Position numbers and translations under genes: made by a program. A DNA stretch of 63,717 nucleotides, the filler included, from Globobulimina sp. (taxonomy: Eukaryota): NCBI GenBank assembly GCA_003354225.1. It is 15 parts of 15 records of this genome, joined end to end, with 100 filler letters (N's around TTAATTAATTAA, not from the genome) between each part and the next. Parts side by side here need not be neighbours in the genome. Positions count along the whole stretch, not along the records: positions 59,570 to 63,717 come from PIVH01001555.1; 14 more parts are not named here. One strand, given 5' to 3'. A model generated the notes under the pieces. That model made no database searches, was not told the origin of the DNA, and was given only the letters and a program-made list of their open reading frames with translations. Below are positions 61,078 through 63,717 of this stretch, piece after piece (the first letter of the stretch is position 1; each line of letters opens with the position of its first letter).

Positions 61078-63068
61078 ATGGTAGACGTAACTGATGAAGT
61101 AGAATTAACCAAGGATCGGGTGGGTATAATTCGTTATAAAGGCCCCTTAGACGGCAAAAACGGCGTATTTTATGGTGTTGAATTAACGAAAGGCACAGGG
61201 AAACACAGCGGATTATTTAAAGGAAAAAGATATTTCATGTGTCAGAAAGGAAAAGGAGTCTTTGTGGATAAAAAACAAATATTATACAAATTAGAACCAA
61301 AAGACAAAGCCGCAGATAAAAAGAAAAAGAAAAAAAAAACCAAAAATGCAGCTGCTCGTTCATCCTCTCAAGATCTAGGAAAACGATTCAAAGTGCAACG
61401 AAAAACAGGCCCATCGCAAGAAAAAAAAGCCTCCAAAAAATCAGGCTGGAAACCTCCGTCATGGACTAAAGACGTATTGGACGACGACAGTGGTTTCTTA
61501 GAGTACCGCTCTGCGCATCGAGGCACAGTGCAAGGAAAGACCTCGTACGGCAAAGCCGGCTATCTCCCTCACGCCAAATGGAGGAAAAAAAAATATAAAC
61601 CCGAAGAATGGGCCGAATTCCAGCAAGAAATAGACGATGAAAATGCCGCCATTGAAGCTGAAAGGGAGCGCATTCAATGGGAACAGGACGAATTGCAGCG
61701 AAAACAACGCGATATGGACGACAAAGAAAAGGAAGAAGCGGAGCGTAGACGCATTGCATTGGAGGAAGAAGCCGAACGGCTACGTAAATTGGAAGAGGAA
61801 AGGCAGCGGAAACAGGACGAGATTGAACGAGAACGGCGTCGTTTACGCGAACAAGAAGAGGAAATGGAGAGGAAAGCCGCGGCTGAGGAGGAGGAGCGAT
61901 TGCGGCGGTTGCAAGAAGAGGAGAGGAAAAGGAAGAAAATGTTGCGCGAACAGGAAGAGTTAGAACGGGAGAAACAGCGATTAGCAGAGATGCAGAAAGA
62001 AGCAGAGGCCAAACGACAGAAAGAAATCGAAGAAGAAATGCGACTAATCCAAGCTGAGAAAGATAAATTGCGCGCGGAAGAGGAGGAGCGAAGGCGACAA
62101 GCGGAGGAGGATGAGGATCGAAGTCAAGTTTTATAGCTTTATATGTTGCGATTTTGCGAATAGAATAAATAATTGAATATATAGGGAGACGGAAGTGGGA
62201 GAAGCAGGAAGCGGATCGATTGCGAAAACAGCGAGCGGATGAAGAGGAATTAAAGCGCAGAATGCAGGAAGAACAGGCTCGGTTGGAAGAGGAGAGAATG
62301 TTTTTAGAGCGCGAACGAGAGAGGAAACGAAAGGAAGAATTGGCGAAATTGAAGGATGAGGAGGAGAGAGCGGCACTGTTAGCGAGGCAAAAGAAAGAAG
62401 TGGAAGACCAAAAACGCAGATTGGCGAAATTAAAAGCAGAGCAAGAAGAGGAGGCTCGTCGTAAAATGGACGAAGAAGAGGCGCGAATGGCCAAATTGGA
62501 CGCCAAAAGACAAGAATTGGAGGACGCGAGAAGAGAGTTAGAGGCTGAACAGGCTCGCAAAGCAGAAGAGGAGAAAGAGAGACAACGCAAAGCCAAGGAA
62601 GATGATGATGAACGAAAGAGGCAATTCGAGCAAGAGATGGACGATTTGCGCGCACAGTTAGCCGACGAAGAGGCGGCCCGACGCGCAGAGCTAGAAAAGG
62701 AGCAACAAGGTTTAGATGATGAATTGCAGAAATTGCGAGGTATACTGCATGCATTTATACATGTATTAATTGTATACTGTATATTCTAAAATGATACAGA
62801 TTTACGTAAACAAATGCAGGATGAACAGGAGCGGTTAAAACGGCAACGAGAAGATGATGAAAAGGCGCGTCGTGACGCTGAGAGAGATTTGGAGGATAAG
62901 AAACAAAAAGAATTGGATCGATTGAAGCGTTTGGCCGATGCAGAAAAGGAACGGCAACGGCAAGAAGATGAAGACCGACGGCGTCAATTAGAAGATGAGC
63001 GACGGAGATTGGAGGCAGATCGACAGAAAATGCAGGATGAGTTGGATCGAAAACGTGCAGAGGATGAA
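61078..63068 (+). CDS. CAP-Gly domain protein with long E/R/K-rich helical tail, cut by a chimeric junction
   Basis: GIIRYKG...GVEL...GKHSGLFKGKRYF.C..GKGVFV; introns 62123-62184 and 62740-62799. Confidence 0.9.
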
Positions 63069-63520
63069 CACTCATGCATAGCATCAAGATCGAGCACCCA
63101 GGGCTCATTATTCCTGAGCAGAAAATTAGTTGCCTTACAGTCACCGTGATAAATATTGAGCTGGTGGAACAAGCTGAACAGCTGGACAAAGTTTTCCGCT
63201 ACCCGTTCTTTAGCGGTAGCATCCTGTGCAGCATCCTGAAAAAAAGCTTCGGCATTCGTCCCGGCAACAAAATCGCACATATAATACCCCGTGGAGCGTA
63301 AAGGACCAATACGTTTTTCAATCATGGCAATTGCCCGTGGGGTCGCGATACCGGAAATTTTCAAGAGGTGGGCGTTTCCCCAGGAGGTCCATGCGCGGGA
63401 TGGTCGAAAGCAGCGACTCAGGGCATGCCACGGGTTCTTGATATTGTAGCGTTTAATGACCCAGTCGCAGTCATCAACCTGAACGCGAACAACCGTAGAA
63501 CTGTTGCCCGCTTTAAGGAT
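63069..63520 (-). CDS. Fragment of a bacterial lipopolysaccharide kinase (Kdo/WaaP/InaA family)
   Basis: LKAGNSSTVV...VIKRYNIK..WH...FRPSRAW.SW.NAH...GIATP...HGDCKATNFLL...LDLDAM; intronless, more GC-rich, both ends missing. Confidence 0.88.
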
Positions 63521-63610
63521 GCTGAAGAAGCGCTGGCGATTGATAAAAAGCTAGGCAGGGAAGATAAGATCGCCACAGACCTCAGCAATATTGGTGGAGT
63601 TTACTATTCC
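63521..63610 (+). CDS. Fragment of a TPR protein, probably bacterial
   Basis: AEEALAIDKKLGREDKIATDLSNIGGVYYS is a typical TPR consensus. Confidence 0.7.
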
Positions 63611-63717
63611 TGCTCCCTGATAACAATTTTACTTGCCAGTTTTGTCATTTTGAAAACAAATGCAGCCAGCAACCTTGTTGAACACTATCTGAAAAACAAG
63701 CTAACTAATAACTTACA

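Noticed and set aside
61466-62754. Long antisense ORFs (also 35397-36020, 57955-58875, 54678-55196)
   Set aside because: Shadow frames of low-complexity E/R/K, Q/N, acidic or P/T-rich coding sequence.
62984-63364. LPS kinase as a horizontally acquired host gene
   Set aside because: It is a fragment without its own start or stop, interrupts a host exon and abuts other unrelated fragments; a chimera is more parsimonious.
1-63717. Alternative genetic code or readthrough to explain fragmented ORFs
   Set aside because: Most breaks resolve as in-frame GT-AG introns, and TAA, TAG and TGA all terminate conserved genes.
1-63717. tRNA or rRNA genes
   Set aside because: None recognised by eye; a covariance-model search would be needed to exclude them.

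Overview
This is not one locus. It is 15 unrelated contigs of about 4.15 kb, ordered by decreasing length (4159 to 4148 bp) and joined by artificial 100-bp N44-TTAATTAATTAA-N44 spacers. The DNA is AT-rich, gene-dense and eukaryotic, with the standard genetic code and short GT-AG introns (about 55-200 bp). The gene repertoire suggests a protist, most plausibly a foraminiferan/rhizarian (inference). Fold-back and bacterial chimeras at contig ends point to whole-genome-amplified single cells. Recognisable genes: G-beta, DDX19/Dbp5, a RhoGAP-like protein, a folate-receptor-family protein, a PLS-class PPR protein, an NR/uridine kinase, RAD17, EngB/GTPBP8, a 7TM-TKL kinase, 7TM-RGS, GT61, an aldo-keto reductase, a uL1-like protein, SIL1 and a CAP-Gly protein. 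Most notable: (1) a PPR protein fused to a histone stem-loop-binding (SLBP) domain; (2) a TFIIS-N/LW domain fused to a NADAR hydrolase; (3) a CRE-like non-LTR retroelement with RNase H N-terminal to the RT, preceded by coding 29-aa repeats; (4) three Cu-only SOD paralogues with stepwise loss of copper ligands and intron turnover, the intact copy being absent from the ORF track; (5) a plant-editing-factor-like PLS PPR protein. All family calls come from motif recognition by eye, not database searches.
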